From Minisyncoccia bacterium (GTDB lineage: Bacteria; Patescibacteriota; Minisyncoccia; Phycocordibacterales; UBA9973), in NCBI GenBank assembly GCA_038244685.1, contig JBBRTD010000001.1:166392-230391 (forward strand): DNA of 64,000 bases. The letters run 5' to 3'. This document shows positions 40,276-49,970 of this stretch, piece by piece (position 1 is the stretch's first letter; the number at the start of each line of letters is the position of its first letter). The position numbers and the translations under genes were made by a program. The notes beneath the pieces were generated by a model. That model ran no database searches. It worked only from the letters and a program-made list of their open reading frames with translations, and was not told where the DNA came from.

Positions 40276-40497
40276 TTATTTATCTAGTTTAGACACATTC
40301 GATACATGTATTGGCATAGCAATTTCTAATATCTGACTTTGTTCACCTTTACTCTTTGCCTTATGAGCCTTCTTTCTTAAATTGACACCTTCAACAACAA
40401 CCTTATTCTCGGCTGGAATTGCTTTTATAACTTTGCCTTTCTTGCCTTTATTTGAACCGGCAATAACTATTACATTGTCTCCTTTCTTTATTTTCAT
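40276..40497 (-). CDS. rplX: 50S ribosomal protein L24 (short, 73 aa)
   Basis: KOW motif MKIKKGDNVIVIAGSNKGKKGKV. Confidence 0.85.
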   Translation of the reverse strand: MKIKKGDNVIVIAGSNKGKKGKVIKAIPAENKVVVEGVNLRKKAHKAKSKGEQSQILEIAMPIHVSNVSKLDK

Positions 40498-40526
40498 ATA
40501 TTTAAATTCGAATTAGTAATCAGTGA

Positions 40527-40898
40527 TTATACAACCTCTTGTGATAATGAAATAATTTTCTGATAACCTCTTTCTGCTAACTCACGTGGTATAGGTCCGA
40601 AAACACGTCCACCTTTTGGATCCTGTTTATCTTTTTCCAAGATTACAACAGCATTGTCATCGAATCGAATATAAGATCCATCTTTTCTTCTGAATGTCTT
40701 CACAGTACGAACAACAACAGCTTGGCAGACATCCTTTTTCTTTACAGACTTACGAGGTTCCGCAACTTTAACAGAGATAATAACTTTATCTCCTATACAT
40801 GCATAACGTTTACGTGAGGAACCAAGGACTTTGAAAACCTTGCCCACTTTACCGCCGGCATTATCTGTTATATTTACTACTGTTCCGTCTTGAATCAT
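40527..40898 (-). CDS. rplN: 50S ribosomal protein L14
   Basis: MIQDGTVVNITDNAGGK signature. Confidence 0.9.
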   Translation of the reverse strand: MIQDGTVVNITDNAGGKVGKVFKVLGSSRKRYACIGDKVIISVKVAEPRKSVKKKDVCQAVVVRTVKTFRRKDGSYIRFDDNAVVILEKDKQDPKGGRVFGPIPRELAERGYQKIISLSQEVV

Positions 40899-40905
40899 AT
40901 ATTAT

Positions 40906-41148
40906 TTAAATTACTTTAAAATGCTTATCTTTAGACATTGGCTTTGTCTCTTCGATTTCGACTTGATCTCCTACTTTCTTTTCATTGTTCTCATCATGAG
41001 CTTTGTAGTTTTTTGTTTTCTTGATACGCTTTCCGTATTTCTTGTGTTCAACGTAGCGAGTAACTTCAACAACGACAGTTTTATCCATCTTGTCTGAAAC
41101 GACAACCCCTTTTAGAACTTTATTTGTTTTTTTGATTTGTGTTTCCAT
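40906..41148 (-). CDS. rpsQ: 30S ribosomal protein S17
   Basis: [24 protein letters not shown]-fold signature. Located directly after rplP (no rpmC between). Confidence 0.85.
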   Translation of the reverse strand: METQIKKTNKVLKGVVVSDKMDKTVVVEVTRYVEHKKYGKRIKKTKNYKAHDENNEKKVGDQVEIEETKPMSKDKHFKVI

Positions 41149-41161
41149 GTTGTTGTTTTAA

Positions 41162-41578
41162 TTATCTTGCTACTATACGAGTTGATACTGGTAGTTTTGT
41201 TCCAGCCTTGCGAAGAGCTTCTTTAGCAACTGCAGGTGTAACTCCATCTACTTCAAATAATACTCTTCCTGGGCGAACATCCAAACAGTAACCTTGTGGG
41301 TCTCCTTTTCCTTTTCCCATTCCTACTTCTGCAGGTTTAGCTGTAAAAGGTCTGTCAGGAAAAATTCTTGTCCACATACGTCCTGTCTTACCAATTGTTC
41401 TTGATGTTACCTTACGAGCTGATTCTATCTGATTAGCACGAACACGTCCACCTGAAATAGCTTTGAGTCCGAATGATCCAAAAGCAACAGTAATACCACG
41501 AGTGTCCGGTGTGACTTTCGTCATATCAGTTCTACTTGTCTGCCATTTTCTATATTTTACTTTTTTTGGTGTTAACAT
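41162..41578 (-). CDS. rplP: 50S ribosomal protein L16
   Basis: MLTPKKVKYRKWQ start, conserved core. Confidence 0.9.
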   Translation of the reverse strand: MLTPKKVKYRKWQTSRTDMTKVTPDTRGITVAFGSFGLKAISGGRVRANQIESARKVTSRTIGKTGRMWTRIFPDRPFTAKPAEVGMGKGKGDPQGYCLDVRPGRVLFEVDGVTPAVAKEALRKAGTKLPVSTRIVAR

Positions 41579-41587
41579 AAAATTTTC

Positions 41588-42250
41588 TTATTTTTTAACC
41601 TCGTTAAAAACTTCTCCACGGTAAATCCAAACTTTAATACCGATATCGCCATAACTCATATGAGCTTTCTCACGAGCAAAGTCAACGTCAGCACGGAAAG
41701 TCTGTAAAGGAATAGAACCACGCTTTATCTGCTCACTACGAGCAATTTCAGCTCCACCTAATCTTCCTCCTAGATAAATACGAGCTCCTTTAACTCCGCG
41801 AGCTGTCATCACCTTCTCAATAGTCTGTTTCATTACGCGACGGAAAGGAAGACGCTTCTCTAATCCTTCAGCTATCATACATCCAACAATTGCAGCATCT
41901 GCATCTGGATTTGTAACTTCAACTATATCAAATTTAAATTCTTCAGGAATAGTAACTCCTTTTCTTAGCATCATTTTTACTAATTCTGCTTTAAGTTTAG
42001 TAGCTCCTTCACCAGAACGGCCAATGATCATACCAGGACGTGAAGTGAAAACCATAACCTTCGTAGCTTTAGCACTTCTATCAATTTCAATTCTTGAAAT
42101 ATAGAAACCGCGTAACTTCTTCATTAAAAACTCACGAATAACAACATCACTCTTAAGTAAATCTTTGTATTTCTTGTCAGCAAACCAACGTGATTTCCAA
42201 TCACGAAGCGTTACTAATCTATGTGCATATGGATGGACAACTTTTGACAT
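41588..42250 (-). CDS. rpsC: 30S ribosomal protein S3
   Basis: KH domain and C-terminal domain conserved. Confidence 0.9.
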   Translation of the reverse strand: MSKVVHPYAHRLVTLRDWKSRWFADKKYKDLLKSDVVIREFLMKKLRGFYISRIEIDRSAKATKVMVFTSRPGMIIGRSGEGATKLKAELVKMMLRKGVTIPEEFKFDIVEVTNPDADAAIVGCMIAEGLEKRLPFRRVMKQTIEKVMTARGVKGARIYLGGRLGGAEIARSEQIKRGSIPLQTFRADVDFAREKAHMSYGDIGIKVWIYRGEVFNEVKK

Positions 42251-42256
42251 ATAAAA

Positions 42257-42691
42257 TTAGGCTTTAGCCTCTGGCTTCTTAGTTGATTTCGACTTCTTTT
42301 CTTTTACTACTTTAACTTCTTTTTCTTCTTTAACTATTTTTGATACTTTCTTATCTTTCTTTTCAGTTGGCTTTTCTATAAGAGTAAGCATGATGTGACT
42401 TGTACGCTTGTTAATACGAGAAGCACTACCGCGAGCACGAGGCATTGAACGCTTCATGACGATACCTTCATTAACTGTAACGTTTTGGACATATAAATCC
42501 TTATCTGAAATTCCAGCCTGCTTTGCATTAGAAACTGCTGAAGCTAATAGCTTCTCGATTGGTTCTGCTGCTCTTTTTGCTAGACTTTTTAACTCAGTAA
42601 AAGCGTCAACAATCCTTTTGTTTTTGATTAAGTCTGCGACAAGGCGAACCTTGCGGGGAGACTGTCTGTAATTTTTTAAAAATGCTTTCAT
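42257..42691 (-). CDS. rplV: 50S ribosomal protein L22 with Lys-rich C-terminal extension
   Basis: Conserved L22 core, operon position. Confidence 0.9.
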   Translation of the reverse strand: MKAFLKNYRQSPRKVRLVADLIKNKRIVDAFTELKSLAKRAAEPIEKLLASAVSNAKQAGISDKDLYVQNVTVNEGIVMKRSMPRARGSASRINKRTSHIMLTLIEKPTEKKDKKVSKIVKEEKEVKVVKEKKSKSTKKPEAKA

Positions 42692-42701
42692 ATAAGGTTA
42701 A

Positions 42702-43049
42702 TTATTTTTTCTTGGTAGTGGTGGTAGTTGCTTTTGCGGCCTTTGATGCGGTAATTTCAGATTCTTTCTTTTTGGCTTCTAGTTCTTTCTGCATCTTTCC
42801 TCCGTGTCTGACGAACTTTCTTGTTAGAGAGAATTCACCAAGTCTGTGTCCTACCATATCTTCACTTACTAATACTTCTACATGGACTTTACCATTATGA
42901 ACTCCAAATACGAAACCTACCATTTCTGGAGAGATAACGCATGCACGTGACCAGGTTTTAATTACACCTGTCTCAAGTGGCTTCTTGCCGGCAATTTTTT
43001 TCAAAAGCCTTTCGTCTACATATGGTCCTTTTTTAAGTGATCGTGTCAT
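42702..43049 (-). CDS. rpsS: 30S ribosomal protein S19 with Lys/Thr-rich C-terminal tail
   Basis: [12 protein letters not shown]...[18 protein letters not shown]. Confidence 0.9.
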   Translation of the reverse strand: MTRSLKKGPYVDERLLKKIAGKKPLETGVIKTWSRACVISPEMVGFVFGVHNGKVHVEVLVSEDMVGHRLGEFSLTRKFVRHGGKMQKELEAKKKESEITASKAAKATTTTTKKK

Positions 43050-43273
43050 ATAAATATAAATAAGCTCAACAGAGCCTGTGTGCCTATACTAGCAAATATA
43101 AAATAAATGTCAACCAAATAATAAAGATACTGCTAATGTGAACAATTGAGGTCCAACAGGGGTTCCAATATCTGGCTAAAGTATTGGACATCTATTGCAT
43201 AATTTATTGACAAAACTAAGCCAAAAGGTAATATGAGTAAAAAATTCATTTAAATTTAACAAATTGATTTATT

Positions 43274-44014
43274 ATGGCAGATTCAAGAGTAAATGAAATC
43301 AGCGAAGCGATAGCTTTGGCTGGATTGAGAATTGGGGCTATTAAAATAAGGCCAGCTAACCCATTTCTATGGGCATCGGGGACTTACAATCCCATATATA
43401 ATGACAATAGAATGTTCTTATATCATCCCTAATTACGCAGGATGATTATAGAAGGTTTTATTGAAATATTGGCTGGTGTTAAAAGCAGTCTTTATTACGG
43501 ACGGAAACAAACAATGGTTGCTGGCACTTCAACAGCTGGAATCCCCCATGGATATGGATTCGCAGATGCGCTTAAAGTTCCATTCGTTTACGTGAGAGAT
43601 AAGCCGAAAGATCACGGGATGAAAAACCAGATTGAGGGCATTGATGCCGAAAAAGACCTAACCGATGAAGTATTAATTCTAATTGAGGACTTGATTTCAA
43701 CAGGCGGAAGTAGTGTAGCAGCTGTTGATGCCATAAGAAAGGCTAAGGGGAAATGCAAGCTTTGCATCTCAATTTTTAACTATGGATTGCCAAATCCTCC
43801 AAAAATGTTTGCAGGGGAAATACCTTACAGCAAAAATGGAGAGAAGTTACTCGAACCATGTGCCTTAGAATCATTACTTTATTATCCCAAATTACTTGAA
43901 GTTGGAGTAAATAACGGATTTATTAAAAAAGAAGAGGAAGCCATCTTGCTTGGGTGGATGGACGACCAACCAAACTGGGGAGAGAAGAACGGATTCCCTC
44001 CGGTTTTAAAATAA
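43274..44014 (+). pseudogene. pyrE: Orotate phosphoribosyltransferase (pyrE) interrupted by an in-frame TAA at 43430-43432
   Basis: The N-terminal ORF (43274-43429, ...IRPANPFLWASGTYNPIYNDNRMFLYHP*) and the downstream ORF (43442-44014, ...TSTAGIPHG...VLILIEDLISTGGS PRTase motif) are in the same frame. Together they match the full Bacillus-type PyrE architecture, with the stop falling where a Glu is expected (PEVR -> P*LR). Confidence 0.6.
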
Positions 44015-44086
44015 AATGCATTAATATAAATAGAGCATGAAGAAATTTTCTTCATGCTCTATTTTTGTGATGTCTAAATTAAATAT

Positions 44087-44476
44087 TTATATTAAAGGAA
44101 TTATCTTCGGTAAAAAAATTATAAGTCCAATAAGACCAGAGACAATAACAGAAAGTGCCACAGCTCCAGCTGCCACATCTTTTGTATCGCGAGCATATGG
44201 GTGATAATTCGGACTTGTCAGGTCAATATCAATTTCAATAGCAGTATTAAAAGCTTCAGCTATTATCACTAAACCAATAGCGAAAACTATAATTGCCCAT
44301 TCAATAGAGGAAATTCCTAATTCAAAACCTAGATAAATAGCCAAAACTGCAAAAAAAAGATGGACCCAAAAGTTATGTGTTGATCTTATAAAAACACCAA
44401 GCCCCCTCAAAGCATGAGTCGTACTTTTAATGCGAGCCACCAGAGAAAACCTTTTTTTTTCAGTAAGTTTTTCCAT
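44087..44476 (-). CDS. dgkA: Diacylglycerol/undecaprenol kinase (DgkA family)
   Basis: Three TM helices with conserved NTAIE and AKDxxAGAV motifs. Confidence 0.75.
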   Translation of the reverse strand: MEKLTEKKRFSLVARIKSTTHALRGLGVFIRSTHNFWVHLFFAVLAIYLGFELGISSIEWAIIVFAIGLVIIAEAFNTAIEIDIDLTSPNYHPYARDTKDVAAGAVALSVIVSGLIGLIIFLPKIIPLI

Positions 44477-44490
44477 GATATTAAAAAATA

Positions 44491-44940
44491 TTATTCAATA
44501 ACAACGTACTTTTTTTGAATATAATATATACCGTAAGTGCAAATCGCTATCAAGGCCAACATAACAACATAAAACTGCAAAGTTGTATGATGATTATAAA
44601 AATAAACACTTATCTGTAGCAATAACTGACATGATAAAATTATACTAACAACATAATATGGAACTAATGCAATAGCATACTGCTTTTTATTTTCAGAAAG
44701 AGATACATTGATAGTTAAAGCTAAAACAAGGAAAGCAATAATTACAACGGCATGCATTATGATGACATTAATATTACCAAAGTAATCAAGAGGAGGGGCA
44801 ATTAACAAACGGCCTGTATCATATAATATACGCTCAGCTAAGGCCAAAAGGGCAAGACCCAAAAGAGTTATTATAAAACTTCCTGAACCAGTAAACTTTG
44901 TTTTAAAAACATTATTATTTTCTTCAAGTATTAATGACAT
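44491..44940 (-). CDS. Hypothetical polytopic membrane protein
   Basis: 4 predicted TM helices. No known motif. Confidence 0.45.
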   Translation of the reverse strand: MSLILEENNNVFKTKFTGSGSFIITLLGLALLALAERILYDTGRLLIAPPLDYFGNINVIIMHAVVIIAFLVLALTINVSLSENKKQYAIALVPYYVVSIILSCQLLLQISVYFYNHHTTLQFYVVMLALIAICTYGIYYIQKKYVVIE

Positions 44941-44945
44941 ATAAT

Positions 44946-45578
44946 TTAATTTTTAATATATTTTTGAATAAAAATAACTATACCTGTTAAGACGGCAATA
45001 ACAAGTATAAGCACGACGTAAACACCATAGGTTGCATTTGTATTTAAAATATAAGCACTCGTATCCCAAAGTAATCTAACTAAAAGCCAGGCTGATGTAA
45101 TAAAATATGGTTGAGAAATTATTAAATATCTTTTATTATCTTCGGAAAATGATCCATGTAGAATAAAAGCAACAACAAGAAATGGCAAAATAATCATTGC
45201 ATCAAAAATTAATTTGGCATTTGCATTAACTGTAGAGATGGCACTATCATCAATTACTTTATTAACCAAGATAAGCAGTGCTCCAAATAAGATAATTGCG
45301 AGTCCAATACTAAAAGGAGAGTTATATTCTATAACAGCTTTTTCTAAAATACTTTTTTCTTGTGAAACAGCAATCACCGGTTGTCCAACCAAGACAGGAA
45401 CAGGTGCCATGGGGGCATCTTTTTGTAAAATATCTTCTATTCTTTTTATTTCTAAGTAAGCTTCATTAATATCCACCGGCTGCCATCCATTTTTATTTAA
45501 AACTTCTCGAATGGTAACCTCTGGAAAACCTTGTAATTGAACTTTTTTAATATACTCAACTAGTTGTTGATTAGCCAT
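44946..45578 (-). CDS. Hypothetical membrane protein with soluble N-terminal domain, inserted between rplB and rpsS
   Basis: About 60-aa soluble N-terminus then 4 TM helices. Paralogous to 44491-44940 in its TM region (shared ...Y..V....I......L). No known motif. Confidence 0.45.
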   Translation of the reverse strand: MANQQLVEYIKKVQLQGFPEVTIREVLNKNGWQPVDINEAYLEIKRIEDILQKDAPMAPVPVLVGQPVIAVSQEKSILEKAVIEYNSPFSIGLAIILFGALLILVNKVIDDSAISTVNANAKLIFDAMIILPFLVVAFILHGSFSEDNKRYLIISQPYFITSAWLLVRLLWDTSAYILNTNATYGVYVVLILVIAVLTGIVIFIQKYIKN

Positions 45579-45661
45579 ATGTAAATAATTATACTACCCC
45601 ATATAGCTTTAAGCAATAAAAAATACCCTTGCGGGTATTTTTTATGATAGAGATTTTAATA

Positions 45662-46513
45662 TTATTTTGAATTCTTTGTTTTACCAACTTTACGTCTGGA
45701 TACAATCCACATGTTTGAGTATTTCTTTGGTGTACGAGTCTTCTGGCCCTTTCCTGATGGCTTTCCCCACATAGTCTTGGCTCTTCTTAGTCCTCGTCCC
45801 TGACGTCCTTCTCCTCCTCCGTGTGGATGATCCACTGGGTTCATGGCAGTTCCTCGAACTGTAGGACGAATACCTAACCATCTTGAACGCCCAGCTTTAC
45901 CAATATTTTGAAGTATGTATTCAGAATTTGAAACTTCACCAATTGAGGCCCAAGCATTTTCTGAGACCTTACGGATTTCAGTTGATGGCATTTTGATATT
46001 GGTATAACCATTATCATTAGCCACGACTTGTCCGAATGTTCCAGCACTACGTGCAAGCTTTCCTCCATTCCCTGGTTTGATTTCTACGTTATAAACGAGA
46101 GTACCAACTGGAATCATTTTAAGAGGTAAACGGTTTGCAACTGTTAGTGGAGCTTTTTCTCCAACAGTGAACTTGTCTCCAACTTTAACTGACTTTGGAA
46201 TAATCACATATCGCTTTTCTCCATCTGCATAGCAAGCTAAACCAATGAATGCATTACGATTTGGATCATATTCAATAGAAGTTATTTTAGCAGGAATATC
46301 ACGCTTGTTATACATGAAATCGATTTCTCGGTAAAGTCTTTTATGTCCTCCACCTTTATGTCGCATAGTTATACGTCCTTGATTATTACGTCCAACAGAT
46401 CTCTTAAAACCATGAGTTAAAGCTTTTAGGGGCTCGCTCTTAGTTAAGACGTTACGATATGTAACTGTTGTCTGGTGACGTTTCGATGGTGTTGTAGGTT
46501 TATATGTTTTCAT
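45662..46513 (-). CDS. rplB: 50S ribosomal protein L2 (start taken at MKTYKPTT)
   Basis: KPTTPSKRH start, GGGHKRLYR, conserved C-terminal HPHGGGEG. Confidence 0.92.
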   Translation of the reverse strand: MKTYKPTTPSKRHQTTVTYRNVLTKSEPLKALTHGFKRSVGRNNQGRITMRHKGGGHKRLYREIDFMYNKRDIPAKITSIEYDPNRNAFIGLACYADGEKRYVIIPKSVKVGDKFTVGEKAPLTVANRLPLKMIPVGTLVYNVEIKPGNGGKLARSAGTFGQVVANDNGYTNIKMPSTEIRKVSENAWASIGEVSNSEYILQNIGKAGRSRWLGIRPTVRGTAMNPVDHPHGGGEGRQGRGLRRAKTMWGKPSGKGQKTRTPKKYSNMWIVSRRKVGKTKNSK

Positions 46514-46514
46514 A

Positions 46515-46853
46515 TTATACAAATGCTATCTTATCGCCTTTTTTCATATATACGACCGCTTTTTTCCCTCCTTTTTTTGTACCCTTTTTTCCACGACGAA
46601 TGATTGCCTTTTCTTTAATTTGAATAATGGCAACTCTTGCTGGAGTTAATCCATAAATCAATTTAATAGCTTTCTTTATCTCATTCTTATTAGCATTGTC
46701 TGCTACGTTGAAAGTGTAGTTTCCCTTTTCAGCTCCTAAGGCTGCCTTTTCTGTAATACGTGCACCTTTAATTAAAGGATGAGTTTTTACTTTTTTTGTA
46801 TCTTCTACTGCTACTACTTCTTTAGTATTCTTTTTTGTTTTTGTTGTAGCCAT
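46515..46853 (-). CDS. rplW: 50S ribosomal protein L23
   Basis: Operon position, conserved core. Confidence 0.85.
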   Translation of the reverse strand: MATTKTKKNTKEVVAVEDTKKVKTHPLIKGARITEKAALGAEKGNYTFNVADNANKNEIKKAIKLIYGLTPARVAIIQIKEKAIIRRGKKGTKKGGKKAVVYMKKGDKIAFV

Positions 46854-46854
46854 A

Positions 46855-47523
46855 TTATTTCTTTTCTATCTTACCACCCAAGAAAGCAATACTTTCAGTT
46901 GGCTGTGAGATAATAATATATCGGAAAGCAAGCAAATCCACTGGATTCATGTTGCGAACTTCATCGACTTCGACTGTTTTTATATTTGCGAAACTCTTCT
47001 TAATAACATCTCCTTTTGCGGGAACTGAAATATATATGTTTGGATTTTTACCTCCAGTCATTTTTTCAAATCCTTTCAAAGCACTTAAATCTTTAATAAC
47101 AGAAACTGCATCTTTAGTCTTAATATCTTTAAGATTTAATTCTTCAAGGAAAATTATTTGTCCTTTTCTTAACTTCTCAGACAAAACTGTATAAAGAGCC
47201 TTTGCCTTCATTTTCTTGTTTATTTTCTGGTCGTAACTTTTTTCATTACGTGGTCCATGAGTAACTCCTCCACCTACCCAAATAGGTGAGCGAGAAGAAC
47301 CATGACGAGCACGTCCTGTACCTTTCTGTTTCCAAGGCTTTCTACCTCCTCCACGAACATCGGATCGGTCCTTTGTATGAGCAACTGGTGTACGAGCATT
47401 CGCTTGCATAGCAGTTACAACTTGGTGAACTAAGTCACCATTCCAAGGCACACCGAAGATTGATTCTGGTAGTTCGAATTTACCAACAGACTTACCTTTT
47501 TGATTGTATATTTGTGTTTCCAT
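46855..47523 (-). CDS. rplD: 50S ribosomal protein L4
   Basis: Conserved L4 loop (RGGGRKPWKQKGTGRAR). Confidence 0.9.
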   Translation of the reverse strand: METQIYNQKGKSVGKFELPESIFGVPWNGDLVHQVVTAMQANARTPVAHTKDRSDVRGGGRKPWKQKGTGRARHGSSRSPIWVGGGVTHGPRNEKSYDQKINKKMKAKALYTVLSEKLRKGQIIFLEELNLKDIKTKDAVSVIKDLSALKGFEKMTGGKNPNIYISVPAKGDVIKKSFANIKTVEVDEVRNMNPVDLLAFRYIIISQPTESIAFLGGKIEKK

Positions 47524-47524
47524 A

Positions 47525-48124
47525 TTATCCGATTATTTCTACGAGCGTTCCGCGTCTTCCTGGAATCGCGCCCTTAATAAGTAATTGGTTATTTTCGACA
47601 TCAACACCAACAATTTCCAAATTTCTAACAGTAATACGATCGCTACCTGTACGGCCGCCCATGCGCATTCCCTTTGGAACTTTGTTACGAAGACCTCCAC
47701 CAATAGAACCTGGTTCACGTTCGGAATGTTTCTGTCCGTGACTTCTTGGTCCTCCATGGAAACCATGACGTTTAACAACGCCCTGGAAACCTTTTCCTTT
47801 TGATATACCAGTAACTGTAATTATATCCCCTTTTGCAAAGGCTGATACCGTTATCTTGTCACCAACTACCATCTCTTCTATATCTCGAAATTCTCGAAGA
47901 TGCTTATAAGCTCCTTCTTTGACATGTCCAAGATGCGCCTTTGTTGCGCGACTTTCTTTTTGTTCTTCAAAAGCTACCTGCACTGCAGTGTAACCATCTT
48001 TATCAGGGCTTTTCATTTGAGTGACGATAAGTGGGCCAGCTGAAATAACAGTAGTTGGCACTACACGTCCATCTTCTTCAAAGCACTGCATCATATGCTG
48101 TTTTTTACCAAGGATAAATTTCAT
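47525..48124 (-). CDS. rplC: 50S ribosomal protein L3
   Basis: MKFILGKK start, conserved core. Confidence 0.9.
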   Translation of the reverse strand: MKFILGKKQHMMQCFEEDGRVVPTTVISAGPLIVTQMKSPDKDGYTAVQVAFEEQKESRATKAHLGHVKEGAYKHLREFRDIEEMVVGDKITVSAFAKGDIITVTGISKGKGFQGVVKRHGFHGGPRSHGQKHSEREPGSIGGGLRNKVPKGMRMGGRTGSDRITVRNLEIVGVDVENNQLLIKGAIPGRRGTLVEIIG

Positions 48125-48138
48125 ATAATTAATATCTA

Positions 48139-48507
48139 TTACATCATCTTCACATCGATATCAACACCGGACGGTAGTGACAAACTTGTGAGCGCTTCAA
48201 TAGTTTTTGGATTAGGATTTAGGATATCGATAACGCGTTTATGAATTCTGATTTCAAACTGTTCACGAGCATTTTTGAATACAAACGATGCTCTGTTTAC
48301 AGTGTATTTTTTAATTTCGGTAGGAAGTGGAATTGGTCCAACAATCTTAGCATCATAACGAAGAGCAGTATCAATAATTTGCTTGACGGATGCGTCAAGA
48401 ATCTTATTCTCGTAAGCTCTTACTCGAATGCGAAGTTGTACAACCGCATCTTCTTTCCCTTTTTTTGGTTTTATTCCACCTATTGGTGGAGTGATCTTTG
48501 TTGTCAT
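48139..48507 (-). CDS. rpsJ: 30S ribosomal protein S10
   Basis: RIRVRAYENKILD...GPIPLPT signature. Confidence 0.9.
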   Translation of the reverse strand: MTTKITPPIGGIKPKKGKEDAVVQLRIRVRAYENKILDASVKQIIDTALRYDAKIVGPIPLPTEIKKYTVNRASFVFKNAREQFEIRIHKRVIDILNPNPKTIEALTSLSLPSGVDIDVKMM

Positions 48508-48538
48508 ACGTTTGTAATTAAAAAGAACGGAGTAATAC

Positions 48539-49738
48539 TTATTTGATGATCTTTGTTACAACACCAGCACCAACTGTTTTACCACCCTCACGGATAGCAA
48601 AGTGCATAGCTTCTTCAAGAGCAACTGGAGTTACAAGCTTAACTGTAAGTTTAACTGTATCACCTGGCATAACCATTTCTACTCCTGCTGGTAATGTTGA
48701 TTCACCTGTAACGTCAGTTGTACGGATGTAAAACTGAGGTTTGTAACCTGTGAAGAATGGTGTGTGACGACCTCCTTCTTCCTTTTTCAATACGTAAATT
48801 TCACACTCGAATTCTGCATGAGGAGTAACAGTTCCTGGTTTAACTAAAACTTGACCACGTGTTACATCTTCTTTTTTGATTCCACGGATAAGGATACCAG
48901 CATTGTCGCCAGCCATACCTTCTTTTAAGTTCTTGTTGAACATTTCAATACCAGTAACAGTTGTCTTTGCTGTATCTTTAATACCAACAATTTCAACATC
49001 TTCACCAACTTTGATAACTCCACGTTCAATTTTACCAGTAACAACTGTTCCACGTCCTTCAATTGAGAATATATCTTCAATAGGCATAAGGAATGGCTTT
49101 GTAATATCACGTTCTGGAACTGGAATATAAGTATCAAGGGCAGTTACTAATTCTAGTATTTTCTTTGCCCAATCATCATTATTGTCTGCTGATTCAAGAG
49201 CCTTCAAAGCTGAACCACGGATAACTGGAGCATTTGCGCCATCAAATCCTTGTTTTGTAAGAAGTTCACGAACTTCTTCTTCAACTAATTCAAGCATATC
49301 TGGATCATCAACCATGTCGCATTTGTTTAAGAATACAACAATTTTAGGAACGTTAACTTGCTTAGCAAGTAAGATATGTTCACGTGTCTGAGGCATAACT
49401 CCGTCTGTAGCAGCAACAACGATAACTGCACCGTCCATTTGAGCGGCACCTGTAATCATATTCTTAATATAGTCGGCGTGACCTGGAGCATCTATGTGAG
49501 CATAGTGACGTGTAGGTGTCCAATATTCATTATGTGACAATGCAATAGTAATACCACGAGCCTTTTCTTCAGGAGCTGAGTCGATTTGATCAACACCCTT
49601 AATTTTAGCACCGTATTCACCACCTTGTCTTGCCAATACCTGCAAAATAGCCGCGGTTAATGTAGTTTTCCCGTGATCGACGTGACCAATAGTACCTACG
49701 TTAACGTGAGGCTTATCTCTTTTAAATTCTTCTGCCAT
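48539..49738 (-). CDS. tuf: Elongation factor Tu (start at [11 protein letters not shown])
   Basis: [21 protein letters not shown] GTPase motifs, domains 2 and 3. Confidence 0.95.
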   Translation of the reverse strand: MAEEFKRDKPHVNVGTIGHVDHGKTTLTAAILQVLARQGGEYGAKIKGVDQIDSAPEEKARGITIALSHNEYWTPTRHYAHIDAPGHADYIKNMITGAAQMDGAVIVVAATDGVMPQTREHILLAKQVNVPKIVVFLNKCDMVDDPDMLELVEEEVRELLTKQGFDGANAPVIRGSALKALESADNNDDWAKKILELVTALDTYIPVPERDITKPFLMPIEDIFSIEGRGTVVTGKIERGVIKVGEDVEIVGIKDTAKTTVTGIEMFNKNLKEGMAGDNAGILIRGIKKEDVTRGQVLVKPGTVTPHAEFECEIYVLKKEEGGRHTPFFTGYKPQFYIRTTDVTGESTLPAGVEMVMPGDTVKLTVKLVTPVALEEAMHFAIREGGKTVGAGVVTKIIK

Positions 49739-49925
49739 ATGTTTTATTGGTTGATATATATAACAGAGCATACGAGAACCTTACTCTATTCTAGCTACCA
49801 ACATAAATTAATAATAAATAATTCACCTCGTCATAGACGAAGTAGACGCAAATTGCGATTGACTTTCATACTATCAAATTTGACGGGAATGTCAACCTAA
49901 GTATAAATTCCAATATATATTTAAA

Positions 49926-49960
49926 TAAAATACCCCAAAACTATGTTTTGGGGTATTTTA
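49926..49960. terminator. Terminator AAATACCCCAAAAC-TATG-TTTTGGGGTATTTT 3' of the giant surface-protein gene
   Basis: 14-bp stem with T-run. Confidence 0.6.
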
Positions 49961-49970
49961 CAATTAATAT

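Noticed and set aside
43430-43432. Stop-codon reassignment (alternative genetic code, as in some CPR lineages)
   Set aside because: The interrupting codon is TAA, which is also the normal terminator of almost every gene in the window. Known CPR recoding affects UGA, and long ORFs here are not broken by TGA.
43274-44014. Frameshift explanation for the split pyrE
   Set aside because: Codon-by-codon reading shows both parts are in the same frame, separated by a single TAA, so it is a nonsense codon, not an indel.
49772-49925. Plus-strand TTGACG-16 nt-TATAAAT promoter-like sequence upstream of tuf
   Set aside because: It points toward the minus-strand giant gene terminator, i.e. the wrong orientation for tuf or the island genes. 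The true tuf promoter on the minus strand could not be pinned down confidently.
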